A stretch of 64,000 bases of DNA from an uncultured Gemmatimonadales bacterium (GCA_963779755.1 CAVZZO010000001.1:1664001-1728000), one strand, 5' to 3'; shown: positions 18,664-29,950, numbered from the stretch's first letter. The notes: generated from the letters alone by a model not told the origin. Translations and numbers: made by a program.

Positions 18664-20141
18664 GCCACCGGCGGAGCCTTAAGCATGCGCTGATAGACCT
18701 CGAGATACCGGGCCGCCGACCGCCCCCAGCTGAAGTCGCGGCTCATGGCCTCGCGCATGATGCGCTGCCACGAGGGCGGATCGAAGTAGTGGTCCATCAC
18801 GTGCCGGCCTACCCGCAGCAGATCCTCCGACGAGTACTCGTCAAACAGGTAGCCGGTGACGCCGTCCTCGATGGTGTCGGCGAGGCCGCCGACCCGGCGG
18901 GCCAGCGGGACCGCCCCGTAGCGCTGGGCCCGGAGCTGGGCCAGCCCGCAGGGCTCGTAGAGCGAAGGCATGAGATAGACGTCGGCGCCGGCCATCAGCC
19001 GGTGTTCCATGCGTTCGCTGAAGCCCAGGTGCACGCCGATGCGGTCGGGCCAGCGGGCCGCGTATTCCTGCAGGGCCTGTTCGAAGCGCGCCTCGCCCGT
19101 GCCGAGGAAGACGAACTGCGCTTCCAGCATGAACATGGTATAGGTGCCGACGATGAGCTGCAGACCCTTCTGCGAGGTGAGCCGCGCCGTCATGGCGAAG
19201 AGCGGCATGCGGGCCCGCTGCGGCAGCCCGAAGGCGCGCTGCAGCGCCACCTTGCAGCGCTTCTTGCCGCTCAGCTCGTCCACCGAGTAGCGCGCGGTGA
19301 TGCTGCGGTCGGTGGCCGGGTTCCATTCGTCGGCGTTGATGCCGTTGACGATGCCGACCAGCCGGTCGCGCAGCGACAGGAAGACGTCGTGCAGGCCGAA
19401 GCCGCCCTTGACGGTCCGCAGCTCGTGGGCGTGGGTGGGGCTCACCGTGGTTACTGCATCGGCAAAGGTGAGGCCGCCCTTCAGGTAGTTGACCTTTCCC
19501 CACCATTCCAGCTGCTGATAGTTGTAGAGCGACCAGGGCAGCCCGATGGCGGCCATGGTCTCCGGCGGAAAGTGTCCCTGGAACCCCGCGTTGTGGACCG
19601 ACAGCACGCTGCGGGTGGTGGCGCTGAACTCCCGCAGCTGGTCCAGCGTGCGAAGGTACACCAGCGACAGCGCGGTATGCCAGTCGTGCGCGTGCAGAAT
19701 ACAGGGGCCGCGCACCAGCCGGGGCAGGGCAGTCACCGCCGCCCGGCAGAAGAGCGCGAAGCGCCAGGCGTTGTCGCCGTAGTCGCTGCCCCCCTCCCCG
19801 TAGAGGCCGGGCCGGTCGAAGCAGGGATGGTCCAGGACAAAAACGGCGGGCCTGGCGGACGCACCGGGCACGCGGTAGAGCCGCACGTCTTCCGGCCCGT
19901 TGCCCATGGGGATGCTGAAGGGCTGGCCCACCGGCTCGAGCCGGCGCGCGGTCCGGACGGAGCGATGCATGGGAAGGAGCACCGTCACCGGAATGCCGCT
20001 CGAGGCCTGGTACTCCGCCAGCCCCTGGACCGCTTCGGCCAGGCCGCCGGAGCGGGCGAGATCGTTGTATTCCGAGGAGAGGTGCACGACCGAAACCGGA
20101 CGGCTGTCGTGCGTCAGCGGGGAAGGGGCGGACCGCGGCAT
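18660..20141 (-). CDS. glgA: Glycogen synthase
   Basis: RSGGLAE, HAHDWH, SVHNAGFQG, MPSLYEPCGLAQL. Confidence 0.93.
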   Translation of the reverse strand: MPRSAPSPLTHDSRPVSVVHLSSEYNDLARSGGLAEAVQGLAEYQASSGIPVTVLLPMHRSVRTARRLEPVGQPFSIPMGNGPEDVRLYRVPGASARPAVFVLDHPCFDRPGLYGEGGSDYGDNAWRFALFCRAAVTALPRLVRGPCILHAHDWHTALSLVYLRTLDQLREFSATTRSVLSVHNAGFQGHFPPETMAAIGLPWSLYNYQQLEWWGKVNYLKGGLTFADAVTTVSPTHAHELRTVKGGFGLHDVFLSLRDRLVGIVNGINADEWNPATDRSITARYSVDELSGKKRCKVALQRAFGLPQRARMPLFAMTARLTSQKGLQLIVGTYTMFMLEAQFVFLGTGEARFEQALQEYAARWPDRIGVHLGFSERMEHRLMAGADVYLMPSLYEPCGLAQLRAQRYGAVPLARRVGGLADTIEDGVTGYLFDEYSSEDLLRVGRHVMDHYFDPPSWQRIMREAMSRDFSWGRSAARYLEVYQRMLKAPPVA

Positions 20142-20176
20142 GCGGGAAAGGTAATGCAGCTTCGACGAATGCGATC

Positions 20177-20208
20177 GCGGAGGGGTCGGGCATGCCCGAC
20201 CTCTCCGC
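20177..20208. repeat. 32-bp near-perfect palindrome (REP-like)
   Basis: gcggaggggtcgggca|tgcccgacctctccgc with one mismatch, between glgP and glgA. Confidence 0.6.
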
Positions 20209-20244
20209 TACCGGTTGCCTGTCCGGTTCCGCCTCCGCCCGCTG

Positions 20245-22401
20245 CTACGCCGTCGGCGGATCGTCCTCCCCCTGGTACCCCTCGATGGCCGGCAGGTAGT
20301 AGCGCCGCACGTATTCCTGCACCATGCGGCGGCCGGTGAACCGGGAGACCGCCACCTGGATCGCGTGCCGCATGTGTTCCACCCAGCCGACGGGGATGCC
20401 CCGCTGGTCCCGGGTGTAGTAGAGGGGGATCACCTTCTCTTCCAGCAGATCATACAGGTGTCCGGCGTCGGAATGTTCGGGATCTTCGCCGGCGGTGGCA
20501 TGGGGGATGGCCCAGCCGTTGGTACCGTCGTAGCCCTCGTACCACCAGCCGTCCAGGGTGCTGAGATGCGGCACCCCGTTCAGGGCGGCCTTCATCCCGC
20601 TGGTACCGCTGGCTTCGAGCGGTACCCGCGGCAGGTTGAGCCAGCAGTCCACTCCCTGGACCAGAACGTGGGCCAGGTGCATTTCATAATCTTCGAGAAA
20701 TGCCACCCGGCCTTCGAGCGCGGGGTCGCGGGTGAAGTGATACACGTTCTGCAGCACTTCCTTGCCGGGCTGATCGGCCGGGTGGGCCTTGCCGGCGTAG
20801 ACGATCTGCACCGGCCGCCAGGGGTTCACCAGCAGCCGCCGCAGGCGGTCCAGGTCGAGGAACGGCAGGTTGGCCCGCTTATAGGTGGCGAACCGCCGGG
20901 CGAAGCCGATGGTGAGGGCGCCCGGGTCCAGCAGCGTGCCCGCGCCCACCACGTGCGCGGCCTCCTTCCACTGGCTGGCCCAGCGGCGGCGGGCATCTTC
21001 CCGCACGGTGTCCAGCAGAATCCGCTTGAGGTGCAGGTGGGCATGCCACAAGGCGGCGGCATCCAGGCCCAGCAGTCCCTCCCATAACTCCGGCTGATCC
21101 AGCCGCCGGTCCCAGTCGCCGCCCAGGTGGCTCTCCAGCTGCTGCATGATCGGCTGGCCCATCCAGGTGCCGACATGCACCCCGTTGGTGATGTGCCCGA
21201 TGGGCATCTGGTCGGTGTCCCGCTCCGGCCAGAGATCACGCCACAAGGTCCGGCTCACCTCGCCGTGCTTGGCGGAGACCGCGTTGACGGCCCGGGAGAG
21301 CCGCATGGCGAGCACCGTCATGTGGAACCGGCCGCCGTCGCGCACCGGATGCTCGCCCAGGCCGAAGAACGCGTCGCGCGTGATGCCCAGCTCGTCCCAG
21401 AAGGGACCGATACAGGCCTGGATCTGTTCGATGGAGAAGGTGTCGTGCCCGGCCGGTACCGGCGTGTGGGTGGTGAAGATGCTGGCGTCGCGTACCCGCC
21501 GGGCCGCCTCCTCGTAGCTCGCGCCCGCGGCGACATGCTCCCGCAGCCGTTCCACCAGCATGAAGGCCGCGTGCCCCTCGTTGGCGTGCCAGGCTCCGGG
21601 GTCCACTCCGCAGGCGCGCAATACCCGCACCCCGCCGACGCCCAGCACCCATTCCTGCCGCAGCCGCAGGTCTACTCCGCCTCCGTAGAGCCGGGTGGAC
21701 AGGTCGCGATCCTGCGGATCGTTCTCCTCCAGGTCGGTGTCGAGCAGATAGAGCGGCACCCGCCCCACCATCATGCGCCACGCGCGGAGATACACCGTGC
21801 GATCGTGGATCCGTACCGACGTGAGGTAGGGCACGCCGCCGGGGCCGGCCACCGGCACCAGGGGCATGATGTCGAAGTCGAACGGCTCGTCGCGATCCTC
21901 CTGCCATCCGTCCAGCCGCAGGTGCTGGTCGAAATACCCCTTGGTATACATGAGCCCCACGCCCACCAGCGGCACGCCCAGGTCCGAGGCCGACTTGCAG
22001 TGATCGCCGGCCAGCACGCCCAGCCCGCCGCTGTAGATCGGCACCGAGTTGTGCAACCCGAATTCGGCACAGAAATAGGCAATGGGCCGGCCGTTCACCG
22101 CCGGCCAGGTCGTCTGGAACCAGGTGTGTTCCGCGGTGGACTCCTGCGCCAGCCAGCCCATCAGATGGTCGTAGTGGCGAAGGAATTCCGCATCCTGGGC
22201 GCAGGCGGCCAGCCGGCTGGGGTCGACCCGCCGCAACAGGTCGATGGGATTGTGCCGCGTCAGGTGCCACAGGGGTTCATCGATGTGGCGGAACAGCGCC
22301 CGGGCCTCGGGGTTCCAGCTCCAGCTCAGGTTGGTGGCGAGATCGGCCAGGCCATCGATGCGGGCCGGCAGGAACGGGATCTTGCTGCGCAGTGCGTTCA
22401 T
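20245..22401 (-). CDS. glgP: Alpha-glucan (glycogen) phosphorylase
   Basis: YSGGLGVLAGDH, NEGHAAF, GFARRFATYKR, EASGTSGMKA. Confidence 0.96.
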   Translation of the reverse strand: MNALRSKIPFLPARIDGLADLATNLSWSWNPEARALFRHIDEPLWHLTRHNPIDLLRRVDPSRLAACAQDAEFLRHYDHLMGWLAQESTAEHTWFQTTWPAVNGRPIAYFCAEFGLHNSVPIYSGGLGVLAGDHCKSASDLGVPLVGVGLMYTKGYFDQHLRLDGWQEDRDEPFDFDIMPLVPVAGPGGVPYLTSVRIHDRTVYLRAWRMMVGRVPLYLLDTDLEENDPQDRDLSTRLYGGGVDLRLRQEWVLGVGGVRVLRACGVDPGAWHANEGHAAFMLVERLREHVAAGASYEEAARRVRDASIFTTHTPVPAGHDTFSIEQIQACIGPFWDELGITRDAFFGLGEHPVRDGGRFHMTVLAMRLSRAVNAVSAKHGEVSRTLWRDLWPERDTDQMPIGHITNGVHVGTWMGQPIMQQLESHLGGDWDRRLDQPELWEGLLGLDAAALWHAHLHLKRILLDTVREDARRRWASQWKEAAHVVGAGTLLDPGALTIGFARRFATYKRANLPFLDLDRLRRLLVNPWRPVQIVYAGKAHPADQPGKEVLQNVYHFTRDPALEGRVAFLEDYEMHLAHVLVQGVDCWLNLPRVPLEASGTSGMKAALNGVPHLSTLDGWWYEGYDGTNGWAIPHATAGEDPEHSDAGHLYDLLEEKVIPLYYTRDQRGIPVGWVEHMRHAIQVAVSRFTGRRMVQEYVRRYYLPAIEGYQGEDDPPTA

Positions 22402-22417
22402 GGGCGCGGGGTTGGGG

Positions 22418-24097
<1,680 letters not shown>

Positions 24098-24209
24098 GGG
24101 CGGGAAAGTATAAGGACCGAAGCGAAGCAGGGGAACCACGGGGGGCAGTCTGAGGGGCACGCCAGCGGGCGTGCCCCATCGGACCTGCGGACCGGCAAGC
24201 GCCGGCCGT

Positions 24210-24593
24210 TTACTTCACGTGCTTGTTGACCAGGCTGGTCATCTCGAACATGGTGACCTTGCTGCGGCCGCCGAACACGACCTTGAGGTTTTCGTCGGCG
24301 TTGATCATCCGCTTGTTGACCTTGTCCTGCAGGCCCTTCCGCTTGATGTAGGCCCAGAGCTTCTTGGTGAGCTCTGTCCGCGGCAGGGGATTGCTGCCCA
24401 CCACGGCCGACAGCGCGGCATCGGGCTGCACCGGCTTCATGAATGCCGCATTGGGCTTGCGGGCAGACTTCTTCTTCGCCGCCTTCTTGGTGGTCTTCTT
24501 GGCCGCGCGCTTGGTGGCGCGCTTCCGGGTGGCGGACTTCTTGGTGGACTTCCGGGCGGACTTCTTCGCGGCCTTCTTCTTCTTGGCTGCCAT
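24210..24593 (-). CDS. SWIB/MDM2-domain protein with histone-H1-like Lys/Ala/Thr tail
   Basis: AKKSARKSTKK... tail; KPNAAFMKPVQPDAAL..VVG...PRTELTKKLWAYIK...LQD. Confidence 0.9.
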   Translation of the reverse strand: MAAKKKKAAKKSARKSTKKSATRKRATKRAAKKTTKKAAKKKSARKPNAAFMKPVQPDAALSAVVGSNPLPRTELTKKLWAYIKRKGLQDKVNKRMINADENLKVVFGGRSKVTMFEMTSLVNKHVK

Positions 24594-24808
24594 CACGCTC
24601 TCCCGGTTTGGAGTGATTCAGACCGACATGTCCCTCGGTACCGCCTCTACCACGGGCACCAAATTACTACTTCCCCCGAGCGGCGCCAATAGGGAAACCT
24701 GCTAATTTCCCTCTGAGAGGCCCTGGCCGCCGCCCGCCGCGCCCCCGGAAACGGCGCTGCCGGACGCCGGCGACACCCGTTCACCCCCCCCTGCGCGGGA
24801 GCCCCGCC

Positions 24809-26047
24809 ATGTCGTTTCGCTCTACGCTACCCTGGTTCGCCGCGCTCCTGCTCCTCACTTCGGGCGCGTCCGCTCCTCCCTCCTGCGGGGCCGACAACGC
24901 CGGCCTGGTGCTGCCCCGGGGCTTCTGCGCCGTGCTGGTGGGCGAGCAGCTGGGCTCGGTGCGCCACCTGGCCGTCGCGCCCAATGGCGACATTTTCGCC
25001 TCCGTCTCCGGCGCCCATGGCGGGGTGCTGGCGCTGCGGGATACCAACGGCGACGGGCGCGCCGATGTCACCCGCCGCTTTGGTCCGGGCGGCGGCACCG
25101 GCATCGCACTGAGCGGCGATCATCTCTACTTCGCCACCGATGACGCGGTCTACCGCTGGCCCTGGAAGGCGGGCTCGCTGGAGCCGGCCGGCCCCCGGGA
25201 GACGATCGTGCACGACCTCCCGGCGGGGGGCGACCACAGCGCCAAGAGCATCGCGCTGGGGCCGGACGGTGCGCTGTATGTGAACGTCGGATCGGCCACC
25301 AACAGCTGCCAGCGGCAGAACCGCGCCAACCGCTCGCCCGGCATCGAGCCCTGCACCGAGCTGGAAACACGCGCCGGCATCTGGCGTTTCGACGCCAACC
25401 GGACGGGCCAGACCCAGGCGGACGGCGTGCACTGGGCCACGGGCATGCGCAACACCGTCGCGCTGGCCTGGGATTCCGGCTCGAGTGCGCTCTACGGCGC
25501 CATCCACGGCCGCGACCAGCTGGGACAGAACTGGGGCTACAGTGACGAGGACAACGCCGAGAAGCCCGCGGAGGAGTTCGTCCGGATCGGCCGCGGCAGC
25601 GATATCGGCTGGCCCTACTGCTACTATGATCCGAAGACCGGGACCAAGGTGCTGGCGCCGGAATACGGCGGCAACGGCCGCGACGTGGGGCGGTGCGCCG
25701 GAAAGCAGCCGCCGCTGATCGGCTTCCCCGGCCATTGGGCGCCCGACGGGCTGGTCTTCTACCACGGCCGCCAGTTTCCCGCCTCCTACCGGAACGGCGC
25801 CTTCATCGCCTTCCACGGCAGCTGGAACCGCGCCCCCTTGCCTCAGGCGGGCTACCGTGTGGTATTCGTACCATTCGATCAGGGCCAGCCGGCCGGCCGC
25901 TACCGCACCTTCGCGACGGGGCAGGCCGGCCCCACATCCATCCGGCCCACCGGACTGGCCGTGGGCCCGGACGGTTCGCTCTATCTCGCGGCCGACGGCA
26001 ACCACCGCATCTGGCGGATTCTCTATCAGCCCGGGGAGGGCTCATGA
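24809..26047 (+). CDS. Exported PQQ-dependent sugar/sorbosone dehydrogenase family beta-propeller
   Basis: Signal peptide; LYVNVGS..N.C, ATGMRN, GWPYCY, GHWAPDG, AFHGSWNRAP. Confidence 0.88.
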   Translation: MSFRSTLPWFAALLLLTSGASAPPSCGADNAGLVLPRGFCAVLVGEQLGSVRHLAVAPNGDIFASVSGAHGGVLALRDTNGDGRADVTRRFGPGGGTGIALSGDHLYFATDDAVYRWPWKAGSLEPAGPRETIVHDLPAGGDHSAKSIALGPDGALYVNVGSATNSCQRQNRANRSPGIEPCTELETRAGIWRFDANRTGQTQADGVHWATGMRNTVALAWDSGSSALYGAIHGRDQLGQNWGYSDEDNAEKPAEEFVRIGRGSDIGWPYCYYDPKTGTKVLAPEYGGNGRDVGRCAGKQPPLIGFPGHWAPDGLVFYHGRQFPASYRNGAFIAFHGSWNRAPLPQAGYRVVFVPFDQGQPAGRYRTFATGQAGPTSIRPTGLAVGPDGSLYLAADGNHRIWRILYQPGEGS

Positions 26048-26610
26048 AACCAGGATCAATTGCTGCCGCGGCCCTGTGCTGCGCGGCGCTCACCACGCCC
26101 GCCGCGGGGCAGGGCACCCCGCTTCAGGCCGGCGCACCGGCGCCGGACTTCGCGCTCCAGGGGGCCACGCAGTCGGGCGTGCTGCCCGATTCGGTCCGGC
26201 TCAGCGACTTTGCGGGGAAGACCGTGGTTCTCGCCTTTTTCTACCAGGCGCGGACCAAGGGCTGAACGGTACAAATGGAGGCGTACCGTGATCAGTACGC
26301 CACGCTCTTCAACGGCGGCCACGATGTGGTCCTGCTCGCCCTCAGCACCGATCCGGCCGACACCCTCGCGGCGTGGGCCGCGGATGAGCATTTCCCCTTC
26401 CGGCTCCTCAGCGATGCCGGCGGGCAGGTGGGGGCGCGCTACGGTGTGTACCTGGAGAAGGGCGGAGTGGACAGCCGGGTGATTTTCGTGATCGGGCCCG
26501 ACGGCAAGATCGCGTTCCGCCAGGCTCCCTTCCGCGAGCTCGATCCCTCCGCCTATCGCATGCTGGCCGCCGCGGTGGACAGCGTGTCCGGAGCCGGCCC
26601 GGAGCGCTGA
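26044..26610 (+). CDS. Exported peroxiredoxin (AhpC/TSA, BCP-like), probable selenoprotein (TGA 26263-26265 read as Sec)
   Basis: GAPAPDFAL...RLSDFAGKTVVLAFFYQARTKG*TVQM continues in frame into LLSD..G.V...YG...SRVIFVIGPDGKI; the TGA sits at the peroxidatic Cys position. Confidence 0.85.
26266..26301 (+). promoter_or_regulatory. Candidate bacterial SECIS hairpin
   Basis: GGCGUAC-cgugauca-GUACGCC (26280-26301); alternative ACGGUAC/GUACCGU (26266-26289). Confidence 0.55.
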
Positions 26611-26627
26611 CCGGCAGGAGGCCGTGC

Positions 26628-27203
26628 ATGCAGCAGATCAAGGGCAATGTACTGCGGGCCCGCATGGATTTTGTCCGGGAGCACTTCGGCGACCAGGGCA
26701 TGGAGCGGGTGCTCGCCTTGTTGAGCCCCGACGACCGGCAGGCACTGCGCTCGGTGCTCACCATCAAATGGTATCCCTTCGCCCTGGGCCAGCGGCTGGA
26801 TGCCGCCATCGTCCAGGGCCCCGGGCAGGGCCGGCCCGAGCTGTTCGAGCGGCTGGGCGAGGCCTCCGCCAGCCGCAATCTGCAGACCCTGCACAAGGGA
26901 TTCCTCTGCCCCGGCGATCCGCAGGCCTTTCTGGCCAAGGCTCCGGTGATCTACGATCTCTACTACGAGACCGGCAACCGGACCTACCAGCGCAGCGGTG
27001 AGCGGGAAGGGGTGCTCACCACCCACGATGCGGAAACCTTCAGCGCGCCGGACTGTCTTACCGTGATCGGCTGGTACCGGCGGGCGCTGGAGCTCTGCGG
27101 CGCTCGCGAGGTGTCGATCACCGAAGAGGAATGCCGCGCCAGCGGCGGCACCGTCTGCCGCTATCGCGTTCGCTGGGCCGGCGTCGAGGGCCCGCCGGCC
27201 TGA
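26628..27203 (+). CDS. DUF2378/TIGR02265-like protein with V4R-like C-terminal Cys pair
   Basis: SD AGGAGG; IKG..L.AR..F, WYP, C...G...CRY.VRW. Confidence 0.55.
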   Translation: MQQIKGNVLRARMDFVREHFGDQGMERVLALLSPDDRQALRSVLTIKWYPFALGQRLDAAIVQGPGQGRPELFERLGEASASRNLQTLHKGFLCPGDPQAFLAKAPVIYDLYYETGNRTYQRSGEREGVLTTHDAETFSAPDCLTVIGWYRRALELCGAREVSITEEECRASGGTVCRYRVRWAGVEGPPA

Positions 27204-27267
27204 CCGCGCCGGTTAACGCCGCGGCCGGCGCCGCGTCGGTCCGGATGACTCTCTCGGTGAGGCATCC

Positions 27268-27633
27268 ATGCGTTCGTTTCTGCTGATCCTCCGGCGTCCC
27301 GCCTGGCTTCTGGCTGCGGCGCTGCTGCTTCCCTTGCCGCTCACGGCCCAGGCGACTCAGGGCCGGGTGGTCCGCCCTGCGGCTCCCCGAACCCTGCAGG
27401 CTCCTGCCGGCCGCATCCAGCGGCGCGAGCTCCGCGCCGACCGGCGTGACCTGCGCCTGGACCGGCACCACCTCCGCCTCGACTACCGTGGGGTGCGGCG
27501 CTGCCGGCTGGATGGCCGACCGGTTCTTGTGACGCGGGCCCACCGGCACCTCCGGCTCGACCGCAGGGACCTGCGACAGGACCGGCGCGACCTGCGCCAG
27601 GACCGGCGCCGCTGGCGCAGTCCGGTGATCTGA
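27268..27633 (+). CDS. Secreted Arg/Asp heptad-repeat protein
   Basis: Signal peptide ending AQA; RRDLRxD repeats. Confidence 0.65.
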   Translation: MRSFLLILRRPAWLLAAALLLPLPLTAQATQGRVVRPAAPRTLQAPAGRIQRRELRADRRDLRLDRHHLRLDYRGVRRCRLDGRPVLVTRAHRHLRLDRRDLRQDRRDLRQDRRRWRSPVI

Positions 27634-27639
27634 CCTGCC

Positions 27640-27735
27640 GTGAGCGGTAAGCGGTAAACGGGCTCGCCCCGGCTTTCCCGAGCGAGCCCGTTCCCCTTTT
27701 CCTGTTCGCGTTTCCCCGTTTACCGCTCACCGCTC
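27640..27735. repeat. Inverted heptamer (GTRAGCG) repeat element with nested hairpin
   Basis: gtgagcg-gtaagcg-gtaaacg ... cgtttac-cgctcac-cgctc; inner stem aacgggctcgc/gcgagcccgtt. Confidence 0.7.
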
Positions 27736-29009
27736 TCCAGTTCCGCCGCCAGCGCCTCCAGGTCTGCCGGAATGCGCCGGGGCGGGTTGGCGCCCGGCGG
27801 CAGCGGCTCGCGCTGCCGGTGATACTCCACCAGGATTTCCGGATCCTTCAGCACGTGGCCGGTGAGGATCGCGACCACCCGCTCCTCGCGGCCGATCACC
27901 CCCTCCTCGCGCAGGCGCCGGACACCGGCCACGCTGGCCGCGCTCGCCGGCTCGCACCCGGTCCCGGAGCGGTCGATCACGGCCTTCGCTTCCAGAATGC
28001 GGGCATCGCTGACGGCGGTCACCACGCCGTGGGTCTCTTCGATGGCACGACGGGCGCGGTCCCAGGAGGCGGGATCGCCGATGCGAATGGCGCTCGCCAC
28101 CGTCTCGGCGCGGACCCGGTGGCGCTGGGTAAAGCCCTCGGCGAAGCCCCGCGCGAACGGAGCCGCCCCGGCGGCCTGGATGGCCGCCAGCCGGGGCAGC
28201 CGCTCGATCAGGCCCAGGTCGCGCGCCTCGCGCAGCGCCTTGCCGAAGGCCGAGGTGTTTCCCAGGTTGCCCGCGGGCAGCGCGATCCAGTCCGGCGGTT
28301 TCCAGTCGAGCTGCTGCAGCAGCTCGAAGATGATCGTCTTCTGCCCCTCCACCCGCCAGGGGTTCACCGAGTTGAGCAGGGTGATACCCAGCCGGTCCTC
28401 CGCGGCCTGCACCAGCGCGAGACAGGCATCGAAATCCCCCGCCACCTGGAAGGTACGGGCGCCGTAGGCCAGGGCCTGCCCCAGCTTGCCCAGCGCGATC
28501 TTCCCCTCGGGGACGAGCACCAGGGCCGGCAGCCCGGCGAGCGCGGCATAGGCGGCCAGCGAGGCCGCCGTGTTACCGGTGGAGGCGCACGCCACCGCCC
28601 GCGCTCCCGTGCGCTTCGCCTGCGTCATGCCCACCGTCATGCCCCGGTCCTTGAAGGATCCGGTGGGATTCATCCCCTCATGCTTGAGCTGGAGGGCGTC
28701 CACGCCGGCCCACTCGGCGACGGAGGCTCGCTCGACCAGCGGTGTGTTGCCCTCGGGCCAGGTCACCGGGTCCGCCGCCCCTGGCATGACCAAGTCGCCG
28801 AAGCGCCAGACCCCCGAACCGCCGGCGATGCGACCCAGCGCCTGCCGGAGCGCCGCTCCCCGGTGTTCCGGGCGGCGGTGGTGCAGGGCCAGCAGGCCGC
28901 CGCAGTCGCAGCGGGTGCGGGGGTCGAGCTCGCTCAGCACGTCACCGCAGGCCTGGCAGACCTGCCAGCTCCGCTCGCCGGCCGGCCCGGTCCAGTCGTC
29001 GCGCGTCAT
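27720..29009 (-). CDS. thrC: Threonine synthase
   Basis: EGNTPL, NPTGSFKDRG (PLP Lys), ASTGNT, GNLGN, CEPASA. Confidence 0.95.
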   Translation of the reverse strand: MTRDDWTGPAGERSWQVCQACGDVLSELDPRTRCDCGGLLALHHRRPEHRGAALRQALGRIAGGSGVWRFGDLVMPGAADPVTWPEGNTPLVERASVAEWAGVDALQLKHEGMNPTGSFKDRGMTVGMTQAKRTGARAVACASTGNTAASLAAYAALAGLPALVLVPEGKIALGKLGQALAYGARTFQVAGDFDACLALVQAAEDRLGITLLNSVNPWRVEGQKTIIFELLQQLDWKPPDWIALPAGNLGNTSAFGKALREARDLGLIERLPRLAAIQAAGAAPFARGFAEGFTQRHRVRAETVASAIRIGDPASWDRARRAIEETHGVVTAVSDARILEAKAVIDRSGTGCEPASAASVAGVRRLREEGVIGREERVVAILTGHVLKDPEILVEYHRQREPLPPGANPPRRIPADLEALAAELESGER

Positions 29010-29950
29010 TGGGCCAGATCTTCCACCCGGGCGCCCCGGGTGTCGACCCGGGCGATACGGGTGCGACAGCGCAGCCCGGCGCTGCCGTAGGCCTGGCGCA
29101 GCGCGAGCGCCACCCGCTCCGCGCCCGCGGGATCGCGAGCCAGGGCGAAACTGGTTGGGCCGCTGCCGGAGATGGAGCAGCCCAGGGCGCCCGCCGCCAG
29201 CGCCGCCGCCTTGGCCTCGCGGAAGCCCGGCAGCAGCGGAGCCCGGACCGGCTCGGCGATACGATCGTCGATGGCGCGGCCCAGCAACGCGAGATCACCC
29301 GCCGCCAGGGCGGCCACGATGGCGCCCACCTGGGCGGCCTGGTGCAGGGCGGTATCCCGGTCGATCACGGCCGGCAACACGGCGCGGGCCGCGCTGGTGC
29401 GCAGGGCCTGGTCGGGGTGCGCCAGCACAATCAGGAGATCGGGGGGGACCGGCAACGGGATGAGCTCGGGAGGATCCATGCTCCGGATCAGCACGATGCC
29501 GCCCAACAGGCTGGGCGCCAGGTTATCCAGATGGCGGCCGGCCAGCCGTTCCTCGGCCTCCAGGCCACAGGCGAGGATCGCGCCAGCGTCGAGCGGATCG
29601 CCCAGCAGGCGGTTGACCGCGACCGCCGCGGCGATTGCGCTGGCCGCGCTGCCGCCCTGGCCGCCGGCCAGGGGCAGGCCCTTCTCCACGGAGAGGCGCA
29701 GCCCCACCCCCTCGCGGCCGGCCCGCCGCAGGACGGCGGCGGCGGCCAGGCCGGCGGCGTTGCGGCCGGGATCGCTGGGGAGGGCGGGACCGCCCGGATC
29801 GGCGATGGTGATCCCCGGCTGGTCCGTGGAGCCGGCGATGACGCGATCGCCGGCCCCGGTGAGCGCCAGCCCCAGGATATCGAGTCCGGGACCCAGGTTC
29901 CCTACCGAGCCGGGCGCCCAGGCCCGGCAACTGTGAAACGGGAGCGGCAT
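29006..29950 (-). CDS. thrB: Homoserine kinase
   Basis: PGSVGNLGPGLDILG, P.AGG.GGSAAS, HLDN.AP, ISGSGPT. Confidence 0.93.
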   Translation of the reverse strand: MPLPFHSCRAWAPGSVGNLGPGLDILGLALTGAGDRVIAGSTDQPGITIADPGGPALPSDPGRNAAGLAAAAVLRRAGREGVGLRLSVEKGLPLAGGQGGSAASAIAAAVAVNRLLGDPLDAGAILACGLEAEERLAGRHLDNLAPSLLGGIVLIRSMDPPELIPLPVPPDLLIVLAHPDQALRTSAARAVLPAVIDRDTALHQAAQVGAIVAALAAGDLALLGRAIDDRIAEPVRAPLLPGFREAKAAALAAGALGCSISGSGPTSFALARDPAGAERVALALRQAYGSAGLRCRTRIARVDTRGARVEDLAQ

